Shown: one piece after another, positions 27,151 through 36,116 of the stretch | Layout of the letters: each line of letters begins with the position of its first letter | How positions within the stretch are numbered: the stretch's first letter is position 1 | Source: Acidobacteriota bacterium | GTDB taxonomy: Bacteria > Acidobacteriota > Thermoanaerobaculia > Multivoradales > UBA5704 | DNA: 64,000 nucleotides | Assembly (NCBI GenBank): GCA_040005235.1 | Contig: JBDTZG010000001.1 | Location: 64,001 to 128,000 of the forward strand | Direction: 5' to 3' | Position numbers and translations under genes: made by a program | The notes under the pieces: generated by a model | What the model saw: the letters and a program-made list of their open reading frames with translations, nothing else | Told to the model about the DNA's origin: nothing | Database searches by the model: none

Positions 27151-28935
27151 ATGGCCGCGATCGAACCGCATACCGACCTCGAAACCCTGCTCGAGCTGGC
27201 GCGTCGGCTCTCCGAGCGCGAGTTGTTCGAAGAGGCGGCGGAGCTGTTCCTGGTCGCGCTGCGCCTGGAGCCCGCGAACTTAGGGATCAAGCTCGGTCTC
27301 GCCGAGGTGCGCAAGCGTCAGGCGGCTCGTCAGGGCAAGCCGCCGAAGGGCCTGCGAGAGCGGCTTCGCGAGCAGCACCGGAGGAACGCGATCGACGCCG
27401 CGCAGTTCGTCGGCCTCGCCCACCTCTACGCCGAAAAAGGGGAGAGCGCCCGCGCTTTCGAGTGCCTGGAGATGGCGCGCGCCAAGGACGACGCCGGCCC
27501 CTCGCGCCACAAGCTGCTCGGCCGCCTGCAGTTCCGCAAGAAGGAGCACGAGGCGGCGGCCGAAGAGCTGCAGCAGGCGCTGCGCTTCAACCCGTTCGAC
27601 CGCGAGACCGCCGAGATGCTCGGCCGCGCCGAGCTGGAGCGCCAGCAGCACGAGCACGCCCTGCGCGCTACGATCCACGCCTTCCTGCTGCTCAACGAAG
27701 CCGACCATGACGGCAGCGACCGCCTGCGCCGCCGCATCCAGACGCTCAAGCAGATCCTCGGCTGGGGCACCCGCGAGCTGGCCGAGATGTTTCACGAGCG
27801 GCAGGACGCGCTCCACGTCGCGTTCGACCGCCTGGAATGGCACCGCGAGCGCCAGCTCGAAGCCGACGGCCTCCTGCCGCGGGGGATCGCCGGGCTGGGG
27901 GCTCTGCCGCGCCGCATGCCGGGGGGCCAGATCGAGGTGGCCGCGCGCCTGCGCCGCATCCGCCTGCTCGCCCACCTGCCCGACGAGCTGATCTTCAAGC
28001 TCACCCGCGCGGTCGAGGACGAGACGTTCGAGATCGGCAGCCTGATCTTTGCCCATCATCACGAGGGGCGGGACCTCTACCTGATCGACGAGGGGGAGGT
28101 GACGATCCAGCGCCCGACCTCCTACGGCACGTTCGTGCTCGGCACCCATGGCGTGGGCGAGATGTTCGGCGAGGCGAGCTACGTCACCGGCCATGAGCGG
28201 ACCGGCGACGCGATCGCCACCCAGGCGACCCACCTGCTGCGGATCGACGCGGCCGCGCTCGACGCGCTGATCGAAGATAGCCCGGAGCTGGGCAGCCAGC
28301 TCGCCTGGATTCTCTGGCACGCGCTCGCGCGGAAGCTGCGCGGCACCAACGAGCAGCTCAAGGGCTTCTTCAACCAGGAGTCGCAACCGGAAAACTTCCT
28401 CCGTCTGCGCCGCCCGTCCGCAAGCGGCGCGGTGATCGGCGCGATCGGCGCGGTCACCGTCGACAGCTCGGACAAGATCCGCCTGTTCCGCGAGCAGGGC
28501 TTGTCGCGCCGCGAGCTGATGACGCTCGCCACCTTTTCCAAAGAGGTGCGCTATGCGGCCGGCGCCTACGTCTTCCAGGAGGGGGACCAGGGCGCCGAGA
28601 TGTACGTCATCCTCGAAGGCAAGGCGATGATCAGCAAATTCATCCCCGGCGGTGGCGAAGAGGCGTTGGCGATCCTCGACCGCGGCGATTTCTTCGGCGA
28701 GATGTCGCTGATCGACGGCCAGCCCCGCTCGGCCGACGCCCGCGCCCACGGCGGCCCGCTGACCGCTCTCGCGCTCAACCAGGCGACCGTGCGCGAGGTG
28801 CTGGCGATGGACCCCCACGCCTCGCTCGAATTCCTCCAGCTGCTCTGCCGCCTGATCGCCAACCGCCTGCGCGAGATCGACGAAAAAGTCATCGGCTGGC
28901 GCATCATGTCCGGCGAACGCACGGCCACCGCCTAA
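27151..28935 (+). CDS. TPR protein with two cyclic-nucleotide-binding domains
   Basis: N-terminal TPRs; cNMP motifs GEMFGEAS...RTGDA and GDFFGEMSLIDGQPRSADA. Confidence 0.85.
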   Translation: MAAIEPHTDLETLLELARRLSERELFEEAAELFLVALRLEPANLGIKLGLAEVRKRQAARQGKPPKGLRERLREQHRRNAIDAAQFVGLAHLYAEKGESARAFECLEMARAKDDAGPSRHKLLGRLQFRKKEHEAAAEELQQALRFNPFDRETAEMLGRAELERQQHEHALRATIHAFLLLNEADHDGSDRLRRRIQTLKQILGWGTRELAEMFHERQDALHVAFDRLEWHRERQLEADGLLPRGIAGLGALPRRMPGGQIEVAARLRRIRLLAHLPDELIFKLTRAVEDETFEIGSLIFAHHHEGRDLYLIDEGEVTIQRPTSYGTFVLGTHGVGEMFGEASYVTGHERTGDAIATQATHLLRIDAAALDALIEDSPELGSQLAWILWHALARKLRGTNEQLKGFFNQESQPENFLRLRRPSASGAVIGAIGAVTVDSSDKIRLFREQGLSRRELMTLATFSKEVRYAAGAYVFQEGDQGAEMYVILEGKAMISKFIPGGGEEALAILDRGDFFGEMSLIDGQPRSADARAHGGPLTALALNQATVREVLAMDPHASLEFLQLLCRLIANRLREIDEKVIGWRIMSGERTATA

Positions 28936-28960
28936 ACTTCCACCAAGACCGCTTTTCCCC

Positions 28961-29029
28961 GGGACCGCCGAGCTCCAGCTCGGCACCGAATCGGCCGCGA
29001 TCGCCAAAACGGCCGAGCCCCTGCTCGGC
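28961..29029. repeat. pair of REP-like hairpins
   Basis: GCCGAGC-TCCA-GCTCGGC (28967-28984) and GCCGAGC-CCCT-GCTCGGC (29012-29029) between convergent genes. Confidence 0.6.
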
Positions 29030-29049
29030 ACCCCTTGGAAAAAGACCGC

Positions 29050-30687
29050 CTACTTCCGCAATTTCGCCCAAATTTTCTCGCTCGAAAACCCGGCCACAAA
29101 GCCGGTGAGCGCCGTCCCCGTCAAGCTGGTGGCGGGAAGCTTTGCGAGCGCGGCCCAGACCCCTCCCTCGGGCAGCAGCTTTTCGAGCACCGAGAGCAGG
29201 CCGAAGCTGGCCAGCGCGAGTGCCAGCAGCCCGGCGATCGCGGCGCCGCCCAAGAGGCGCGCCGTCTTCTGCCAAGCGGTGGTCTGCGGGTTGCGCGGCC
29301 GGTGGGAGACCAGGCTGCCCAATAGCCCGGCGCCCGCGGCGATGGCGATCAGCGTCCAATCGAGCCGGTAAGAGATCGGCAGCGTTCCATTGGCGATGCA
29401 GGCGGAGCTTACGGTGACCGAGTAGTCGCCGTGGCGTTCGAGGTCGATCGTCGCCGAGCCGCTGTTCGTCTCGGGGTCGATCGTGACCGTCTGCGGTTTG
29501 ACCGGCACGGGACCGGTCACCTCCAGCAGCACCGGGATCGCTTTGTCGACCGGCAGCGGCAGGGCCGGGTTCTTCGGATCGACCAGCCGAAGCGTCACGG
29601 TCGTGTGCGCCACCGCGAGGCCGCGGATCGTCGAATCGCCCTTGACGTCCAGCCGACCGGGATCGGCGACGATGTCGATGCCGATCGGTTCGGCCGATTC
29701 GCTCCCCGCCGCGAGGGCCTCGACTTCCAGCCTTCCCGCCGCCAGCCCCTTGACCGCGACGGGGGATGCGCTCTGGAAGCCGTTCGCGGGAATCGTAAGG
29801 GCGCTCGGATCGATCGACCCTCCCCGCCCTTTCGCCGTCAGGCTGATCTCGATCTTCTCGGGAGTCTTCGTCGGCTTCTTGCCGACCATCCAGAACGCAT
29901 CGATCCGTGCCGGCCGCCAGCCCCCCGGACCGCAAATCACCTCGGCGGGAGAGGCGCGCAGGATGACCTGGCCGATGGCCTCCGGTACCGAAGAGGTCGT
30001 CGGCGGTCCCGGGAGTGGCACGGGTGGGGGAGGAGGGGGCGGGATCTCGGTGCTGCCGGGCAATTGCGGTGATGCTGTCGATGGCGCTCCGAAGCCATCG
30101 GCGGCCCCGAGCGGCAGATTGATCGGCCGGAGCGTCGAGGTTTCTTTCAGGATTTCGGTCCAACGCCCTTCGGGGCGCGCCCTCACGTCGTCGAGGCTCA
30201 GCTGATTGATGCTCATCGCGGTGGTGAGCGGCGTGGCTCCCACCGGCGCCGCCACCTTCGCTTCCTCCGCCACCGGGACAAGGGTCGGCTTCGGCGCTTC
30301 GAGCGTCGCCGCGGTCGCATAGGCGGGATCGAGGCTCTCGTCCTTCACCCGCGCCTCAATGTCGGACAGCCCCGCCGCGGAGGGATTGGCCGCCACGTCC
30401 ACCCCCGCGCTTCCCGCCGCGATCTCGACCGACTCCGGCAGGCCCAATCCCGCGGCGCTCGCCAGCTCGACCGTCAACGCCTTGTCGGTCGGCGCGGGAT
30501 GCCCTTCGGCGTCGATCAGCCGAACCTCGATCTGCCCTGGCTGCCCGGCCACGAAACCCTGCTCCGGCAAGCGGATCTCCAGCCGCGAAGCGGGCGCGCT
30601 CGCGTTCTGCGGGCTGTACGCCATCTTCTGGCAGGCGAAGAGCGCACAAAAGGCGACGATCGAAGCGAGCGAAACGGCACGACGCAT
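29050..30687 (-). CDS. putative lipoprotein with Ig-like beta domains and C-terminal TM helices
   Basis: GGAGG RBS, lipobox-like LFAC, beta-rich repeats, Pro linker, three hydrophobic segments at the C-terminus. Confidence 0.7.
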   Translation of the reverse strand: MRRAVSLASIVAFCALFACQKMAYSPQNASAPASRLEIRLPEQGFVAGQPGQIEVRLIDAEGHPAPTDKALTVELASAAGLGLPESVEIAAGSAGVDVAANPSAAGLSDIEARVKDESLDPAYATAATLEAPKPTLVPVAEEAKVAAPVGATPLTTAMSINQLSLDDVRARPEGRWTEILKETSTLRPINLPLGAADGFGAPSTASPQLPGSTEIPPPPPPPVPLPGPPTTSSVPEAIGQVILRASPAEVICGPGGWRPARIDAFWMVGKKPTKTPEKIEISLTAKGRGGSIDPSALTIPANGFQSASPVAVKGLAAGRLEVEALAAGSESAEPIGIDIVADPGRLDVKGDSTIRGLAVAHTTVTLRLVDPKNPALPLPVDKAIPVLLEVTGPVPVKPQTVTIDPETNSGSATIDLERHGDYSVTVSSACIANGTLPISYRLDWTLIAIAAGAGLLGSLVSHRPRNPQTTAWQKTARLLGGAAIAGLLALALASFGLLSVLEKLLPEGGVWAALAKLPATSLTGTALTGFVAGFSSEKIWAKLRK

Positions 30688-30754
30688 GGCGTAAACCTCC
30701 AGAGAAGACTCAGAAATCGTGCGGAGAGGCTAGAAAAATCGCGAACGTTGCGCA

Positions 30755-31057
30755 AGCGCCACGGGCAACGTTCGAGGTGAGACCAACGTCATCAATCCGA
30801 AGGACTCCGGCAATCCTGCGTGGACCACGCTAGAGCTGGTCGTCAACGGCGGACCGGGCGGTCTGGGCGTTGGAACCGTCGCAACGCAGTATCGGCAGGT
30901 GCGGACGACCGGCGCCACGACGGCCATCTGTGTAGCCGTCGCACCTTCCACCGGCGTAACTTCGACCACCACGTGCGGGTTCTCGGGCAGTACCTTCGAC
31001 TTCGCCAACAACAACTACTTCGTCTTCCTATCGTTGAGCCGTTCCACCCGGTTATGA
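30755..31057 (+). pseudogene. start-less fragment of a secreted beta-rich protein gene
   Basis: Open frame SATGNVRGETNVINPKDSGNPAWTTLEL...ICVAV...TCGFSGSTFDFANNNYFVFLSLSRSTRL* with coding-like codon usage; in-frame TAG at 30731 and no start codon. Confidence 0.55.
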
Positions 31058-31071
31058 GCGTGAGGTGTGCC

Positions 31072-31100
31072 TTGAAAGAGGCGGTATATGGCCTTATGAT
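31072..31100 (+). promoter_or_regulatory. sigma70 promoter of the second TA locus
   Basis: TTGAAA-N17-TATGAT, with ATG 6 nt downstream. Confidence 0.65.
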
Positions 31101-31106
31101 TCGGGT

Positions 31107-31385
31107 ATGGCCACCGCAACCGTAAAGTCGACCTATGCCCTCGATGTCGAGACGGTTCGCGCGCTGGAGGAGATGGCCCGCGGCTGGGGAGTGTCCAAGT
31201 CCGAAGCGCTACGGCGAGCGATTCGAGCTGCCCGCCTCAAGCCGGCCACCGGGACGCCGACAGCGCTCGCGGCCCTGGATGCACTGCAGCGTTCACTCGA
31301 TCTAACGAGTGTGACCGCTGGGCGCTGGGAAAAGAATGCGCGAGCGGAGCGTCGCGCGGCCTCTCTCCGGCGCGAAGTTAGATGA
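31107..31385 (+). CDS. CopG/RHH-family antitoxin
   Basis: STYALDVETVRALEEMARGWGVSKSEALRRAI; ATGA overlap with the PIN gene. Confidence 0.85.
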   Translation: MATATVKSTYALDVETVRALEEMARGWGVSKSEALRRAIRAARLKPATGTPTALAALDALQRSLDLTSVTAGRWEKNARAERRAASLRREVR

Positions 31386-31606
31386 TTCATCTCGCGACCC
31401 GAGTGGTATCGCAACGCGTGGCGTTTCTCGAGGAAGACTCTGTGACCAGCGCACGCCTGTTCAACGAGACCGGACGGCGACGCGGTTCTCTGATCGACTG
31501 CATGATTGCGGCGAGTGCTTTGCGCGCACGGGAGCCTCTCGCGACCGCGAACGGTAATGATTTTCGGCGCTTCGCGGCTTTCGGACTCGCCATTCTCGAA
31601 GCTTGA
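31382..31606 (+). pseudogene. vapC: internally deleted VapC PIN toxin
   Basis: MIHL joins directly to the C-terminal half (RRRGSLIDCMIAASAL...LATANGNDFRRF); the D-T-S and AE segments are missing; only 74 aa. Confidence 0.75.
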
Positions 31607-31731
31607 TATCAGGCGGAAGTCCGCCCGACGCGAAGCTTCTTTCCCCTGTAGAGATGGCGCTCTCCCGCTCGTAGACTGTCTATCTGCGGCGTGAATGGAT
31701 CTGCGCGCGTTGCAATTCCCCCGCGGCGGCC

Positions 31732-32006
31732 GAGCGGCGCTACAGCTCGTGGAAAGCGGCTATCGGCCGTGTAGAGCGGCTGGCGGCCGTGGACGGCCGC
31801 TATCCAGCGCTGGATTCCGCCATCCGCGCAGACATCGCCGCATTCGGCCGCCGATAGCCGCTATCGCTTTCCGTCGAGCCGTCCCTAAGCGCCGATAGCC
31901 GCTTTCCACGGCCGGATCTCGGCGATCCTCCGGCTATAGCGGCTCTACAGCGGCGCTGGCGGCTATCGGCGGCCGCAAGCCGACTGAGGCGCCGGAATTA
32001 GCTATC
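31732..32006. repeat. phased tandem array of quasi-palindromes, 20-21 bp period
   Basis: 14 consecutive units with consensus GATAGC-S-GCTATC; includes a perfect 20-bp inverted repeat (31748-31767 / 31891-31910). Confidence 0.75.
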
Positions 32007-32145
32007 GCGGCGGGCTTTCGGCTCGTTCTTCGAGCGCTCGCTTTGCTGTGCCGGCGAAAGAGTCGTTCGGGCTCGCAGCGAGCTTCTTCAGCTCGGAGAG
32101 CACGTTTCGTCGAGGCTTGGCGCGTCGTGCCGTAGGATGCGCGGC

Positions 32146-32721
32146 ATGTCAACGACTTTCCCCTCGCGCGCAAGGATCATCCTCATCGCGTGCGGCGTGG
32201 TTCTTCTCGCCCTTCCGCTTGCCGCCCAAGATGTCTCGGGCGGCGACCCCCACCGCCTGACCGCCCCTACCTCCAAGACCTGCGAGCTGCGCGTCGAACG
32301 CAAGGATCCCCTCGATCCGTCCGAATCGTGCTGGTCGCTCGCGTGCCAGGGAAAACGAACGACGAAGATCGGCTGCGGCGTCACCGCGCTCAGCGAGGTG
32401 GGGGAGATCAGCGTCTCGCCCGATCGTAAATGGCTCGCCGTCGTCTCCGTCGGCGAAGGGCACCCGATGCTCGAAGTCGTCGATCTTCTGCGCTTCACCG
32501 AAGTTCACGTCTACGAACCCCTGACGACGGTCAATCCCTACCCGGGAACGATCAACCTCGCCGGCTGGGAGACTCACACCCTCTTGGTGTCGAGCGAGAT
32601 GCCGCTCGATCTCCTGCCGCTCGCCAAGGGCGAGGTCGAATCCGCGATGCTCGAAGAGCCGCTGGTCTACCGGATCGCGGTTCCCGGCTGGAAGATCACG
32701 GCCTCCCCGGCCAGGCATTGA
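32146..32721 (+). CDS. exported hypothetical protein
   Basis: Signal peptide; SVSPDRKWLAVVSVGEGHP, TVNPYPG. Confidence 0.7.
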   Translation: MSTTFPSRARIILIACGVVLLALPLAAQDVSGGDPHRLTAPTSKTCELRVERKDPLDPSESCWSLACQGKRTTKIGCGVTALSEVGEISVSPDRKWLAVVSVGEGHPMLEVVDLLRFTEVHVYEPLTTVNPYPGTINLAGWETHTLLVSSEMPLDLLPLAKGEVESAMLEEPLVYRIAVPGWKITASPARH

Positions 32722-32788
32722 AGCCGTCGGGTGGCCAATTCCTGCGATAGGCCAATCTCCTCAAGTTCTGCTACGTTACCACCCCGGG

Positions 32789-33358
32789 ATGAACGTCATA
32801 CTCGAAACGACGCGGCTCTCTCTACGGGAGCTGGTTCCCGACGATCTCGACTTCGTCGCCGAGATGCTCGCCGACCCGGAGGTCATGCGGTACTACCCGA
32901 AGACCTATAGCCGTTGCGAGGCGCAGGGCTGCATGGCGGCGCAAATCGAGAAATACCGGAGCGACGGCTACGGCCTCTGGCGGGTCTCTCTGCTGGGTTC
33001 GCCCGCGCCGATCGGCCTGGTCGGTTTGGTGCGCCAAGAGGTCGACGGCGAGACGTTCCACGAGATCGGCTACCTGATCCACCGGCCTTACTGGCGGCGC
33101 GGCTATGCCACCGAGGCGGCCCTCGGCGTGCGCCGTTTCGCCTTCGAGGTCTGCGGGTTGCCCCACGTCGTCTCGCTAGTCCGCCCCGAAAACGTCCCTT
33201 CGGTGGCGGTCGCCAAGAGGCTGGGCATGGCTCCCGAACGCGAGATCCGGTTTGGGGGGTTCCAGCACCTGGTCTACGGCCTATCGAGCGTGACCTACCT
33301 TGCTTCAACCGCGCCGATAGACCTCCGCCCCGGATGCGTCGCGGAGGGCTGCGCGTAA
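32789..33358 (+). CDS. GNAT (RimJ/RimL) N-acetyltransferase
   Basis: ETTRLSLRE, EIGYLI...YWRRGYATEAA, PENVPS.AVAKRLGM. Confidence 0.9.
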   Translation: MNVILETTRLSLRELVPDDLDFVAEMLADPEVMRYYPKTYSRCEAQGCMAAQIEKYRSDGYGLWRVSLLGSPAPIGLVGLVRQEVDGETFHEIGYLIHRPYWRRGYATEAALGVRRFAFEVCGLPHVVSLVRPENVPSVAVAKRLGMAPEREIRFGGFQHLVYGLSSVTYLASTAPIDLRPGCVAEGCA

Positions 33359-35164
33359 GGCTCTTGTTTCCAGATCGAGCGCCATCACGAACGCCTCGCC
33401 GGGGAGAAGCTCGCCGAGGGCATTGATGATTCGCTGGGCGTATTGGGTGTAATAGGCACGGCTCTTCAAGTTGACGCTCAAGCGGATGCCGAGAATCAGA
33501 AGCGGCCGGTCGGGCAGGTCGTTGTCCACCTTGCGCACCAGGTAGGCCGTTTTCAGCTCGGGAAACTGCGCGAGCGCAACACGGAGAGCCTCGACCGCCG
33601 CGGCGTCGAGGCCGTTGGGCCGGAAGGAGTCGCCCGGCGCGATCCGGTTGCGCCGTCGTTCGGCCTCGGTCAGACGTTCGACCTGTTCGCTGAGCTGGAG
33701 ACCCGCGAGGGCGGCGCCCTTCGCGTCACCCTTACTCTGGAAAAGCAGGGAGAGGAACGCCAGGCCGGCGATCTCGTACTTCCGGTCGAGCGAGATCGCT
33801 TTTTCAAGGTGTGCTTGGGCTACTTTGTCGCCGCGGCCCGCGAGGATGCGGCCGAGCGCGAAATGCGCTCCGGCCAGCTGATCGGAGAGGGCGAGCGCCG
33901 CCTGGTACAGCGGCAGCGCCGCCGCTTCGCCGTCGAGCGATTCAGTCAGCTCGGCGCGCCGGAGGGTCTGCTCCGGCGTAGGGTCGCCGCGGCCGGCCAG
34001 CTCCACCAGCTCGGCGCGCTCGCGCGTCGCTTCGCCGTGACGCTCGCGCCAAGCGGGTGAGCCCGCGGCGAGCAGGGTCGATTCAAGCTCCTCGGCGAGT
34101 CCCGGAAGCGCCGCTCCCAGGTAATGCTCGGCGGCGTTTACTTCCGGCACGCCGGGAACGCGCGGGGCGACGTGGAGGGCGCTCAAGCGTTGGGCGAGGC
34201 TCGGATGCGTGTCTTCAAGGCCGGTCGCTTCGGCGAGCGCTTCGTCGAGCCGGGTTGCCGCCTCGCCCGAGACCGCTTCCCTGCCGGTCGTACGCCAGAG
34301 GTCGATCAATCCGTGGCGGGGCGGTTCGGGCAGGTGCTCAGCCTGGCGCCAGAACGCCGGCAGCAGCTCACGGCCGAGGGCAGCATCTCCGAGCCGCAGG
34401 CGGACCAGCGCGTCGCCGAGGGCCTCGGCGCCTGCGATCTCCGCGGCATGGCGGTCGGCCTCGTACTCCTGCTGGCGGGAGAGCACGAAGGCACGCGACG
34501 AGAAGCGGGGGAGGAACCAGGCGAAAAAACTGCGAAACAGGAAGGTCGACTTCGAGTTGCTTTTCGCCAGCTGCTCGCCGAGTTGGTCCCAGGTGGTACG
34601 GGCCCGGTAGAGCCAGGTGCCGGTCCGGCCGTGCGCGCGCGAAAGGTGGCCCAGCTCGTGGGCGAGCACGGCGCGAATCTCGTCGGGAGAGAGGGCGTAG
34701 AGCAGCGGCAGGCCCAGGATCAGGTGATTGCGCTGCCACCCGAGGAGGCCGAGCCGCGGCACCTGGGCGATCGCGGCATTGAAGTCCGGCACGAGCAGCA
34801 CCCGGTGGATGTCCGGCGTGCGCAGCTTTTTGCGCAGCGCGTCGAGCCCTGAGAACAACTCCGGGACGCGGGCGCGATCGAGAGGTAGCCCCTGGGGCGG
34901 CTCTATCCGCACCCAGAGCGAACGGAGCACCATGGCGGCGAAAGCCAGGAGAAGAATCTCCAGCTTGATCAGTCCGGCATTGAAATGGACCCGAATCATC
35001 CCGACCAGGAGCCCGACCGCCAGGGCGAGCGCGCCGAGACCGATCGTCAAGACGTAGCCGTAGCCGAGCGCGGCGAGCGCCACCACCTTCCGGCGGTAGC
35101 CGGCGGGATGGCGCGCCGCTTCGGCGGCGAGCCTGGCGAAGTCTTCGGGGGAGATCGAATTCAT
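33305..35164 (-). CDS. M48-family zinc metalloprotease with TPR
   Basis: TMs, DFNA, VLAHELGH, SRQQEYEAD, DTHPSL. Confidence 0.9.
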   Translation of the reverse strand: MNSISPEDFARLAAEAARHPAGYRRKVVALAALGYGYVLTIGLGALALAVGLLVGMIRVHFNAGLIKLEILLLAFAAMVLRSLWVRIEPPQGLPLDRARVPELFSGLDALRKKLRTPDIHRVLLVPDFNAAIAQVPRLGLLGWQRNHLILGLPLLYALSPDEIRAVLAHELGHLSRAHGRTGTWLYRARTTWDQLGEQLAKSNSKSTFLFRSFFAWFLPRFSSRAFVLSRQQEYEADRHAAEIAGAEALGDALVRLRLGDAALGRELLPAFWRQAEHLPEPPRHGLIDLWRTTGREAVSGEAATRLDEALAEATGLEDTHPSLAQRLSALHVAPRVPGVPEVNAAEHYLGAALPGLAEELESTLLAAGSPAWRERHGEATRERAELVELAGRGDPTPEQTLRRAELTESLDGEAAALPLYQAALALSDQLAGAHFALGRILAGRGDKVAQAHLEKAISLDRKYEIAGLAFLSLLFQSKGDAKGAALAGLQLSEQVERLTEAERRRNRIAPGDSFRPNGLDAAAVEALRVALAQFPELKTAYLVRKVDNDLPDRPLLILGIRLSVNLKSRAYYTQYAQRIINALGELLPGEAFVMALDLETRALRAALRDASGAEVYRRG

Positions 35165-35197
35165 TTTCGCACCACCGACGCACCGCCGGGCGGGCCG

Positions 35198-36001
35198 TTA
35201 CTCCACCACCACCCCCGACAGATCCTCGTCCGGCTGAGGGTCCTGGATCTTCATCGCTTCGAGCGCTTCCACCAGGGCGGTCGCGACCACCAGGTTGCGG
35301 AACCATTTGCGGTTCGCGGGCACCACGTACCAGGGCGCCCAGGGGGTGGTGGTCTTCTCCAGCGCATCCTCGTAGGCGGCCTGATAGTCGTCCCAGAGGG
35401 CCCGGTCTTCGAGGTCGCCGGTGCGGAACTTCCAGCTCTTGAGCGGGTCGGCGAGCCGCGCCTCCAGCCGTTCTTTCTGTTCGTCGCGGTCGATGTGGAG
35501 GAAGAATTTGAGGATCGTCGTACCGTTGTCGGCGCAGAGCTTCTCGAACTGGTTGATCTGCTCGTAGCGCGCCTTCCAGATTTTCTTGGGCGCCAGGCTG
35601 CGCACGCGGACCACCAGCACGTCCTCGTAGTGGCTGCGGTTGAAGATCACCATCTCGCCCTTGGCCGGCATCTTCGGGTGGACGCGCCAGAGAAAGTCGT
35701 GGGCGCGCTCCTCTTCGGTCGGCGCCTTGAACGAGGCGACGCGCACGCCCATCGGGTTCACGCCGTCGAAGACATGGCGGATCGTGCCGTCCTTGCCGCT
35801 CGTGTCCATCCCTTGAAGGACGATCAGCACGCCGCGCTCCCCTTCGGCCCAGAGCTTCTCTTGCAGGACCTCCAACCGGTCGTTGAGCTGGTCGAGCACG
35901 GGCTGGACCTTCTCCTTGCCCCCTTTGAACCCCGCGGTCAATCCGGCGTCCCAGCGGGAGAGGTCGACCGGCTTGCCCGGTTCCAGGCGATAGCGCTTCA
36001 T
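35198..36001 (-). CDS. ppk2: polyphosphate kinase 2 family (class III-like) phosphotransferase
   Basis: QGMDTSGKDG, SFKAPT, HDFLWR, FNRSHYEDVLVVRV, APWYVVPAN.KW. Confidence 0.95.
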   Translation of the reverse strand: MKRYRLEPGKPVDLSRWDAGLTAGFKGGKEKVQPVLDQLNDRLEVLQEKLWAEGERGVLIVLQGMDTSGKDGTIRHVFDGVNPMGVRVASFKAPTEEERAHDFLWRVHPKMPAKGEMVIFNRSHYEDVLVVRVRSLAPKKIWKARYEQINQFEKLCADNGTTILKFFLHIDRDEQKERLEARLADPLKSWKFRTGDLEDRALWDDYQAAYEDALEKTTTPWAPWYVVPANRKWFRNLVVATALVEALEAMKIQDPQPDEDLSGVVVE

Positions 36002-36116
36002 CGTGCGTCCTCCGTAAACGGTGCGTTGGAGAGCTTATCGCCTTTCTTCTCTCACACCTTTTGCTTCCTTCGCGGTCTATGATTCCACCACCGTTTTTGC
36101 GAAAGGTAGGAACCCG

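Noticed and set aside
31732-32006. CRISPR or TIGR array interpretation of the periodic repeat
   Set aside because: The units are only about 20 bp with degenerate 13-bp cores and 7-8 nt variable parts. There are no identical 23-47 bp repeats, no box C/D-like motifs, and no cas or tas gene nearby.
28936-33358. Integron cassette array (short accessory genes plus TA)
   Set aside because: No RYYYAAC...GTTRRRY attC structures after the genes, mixed gene orientations, and no integrase.
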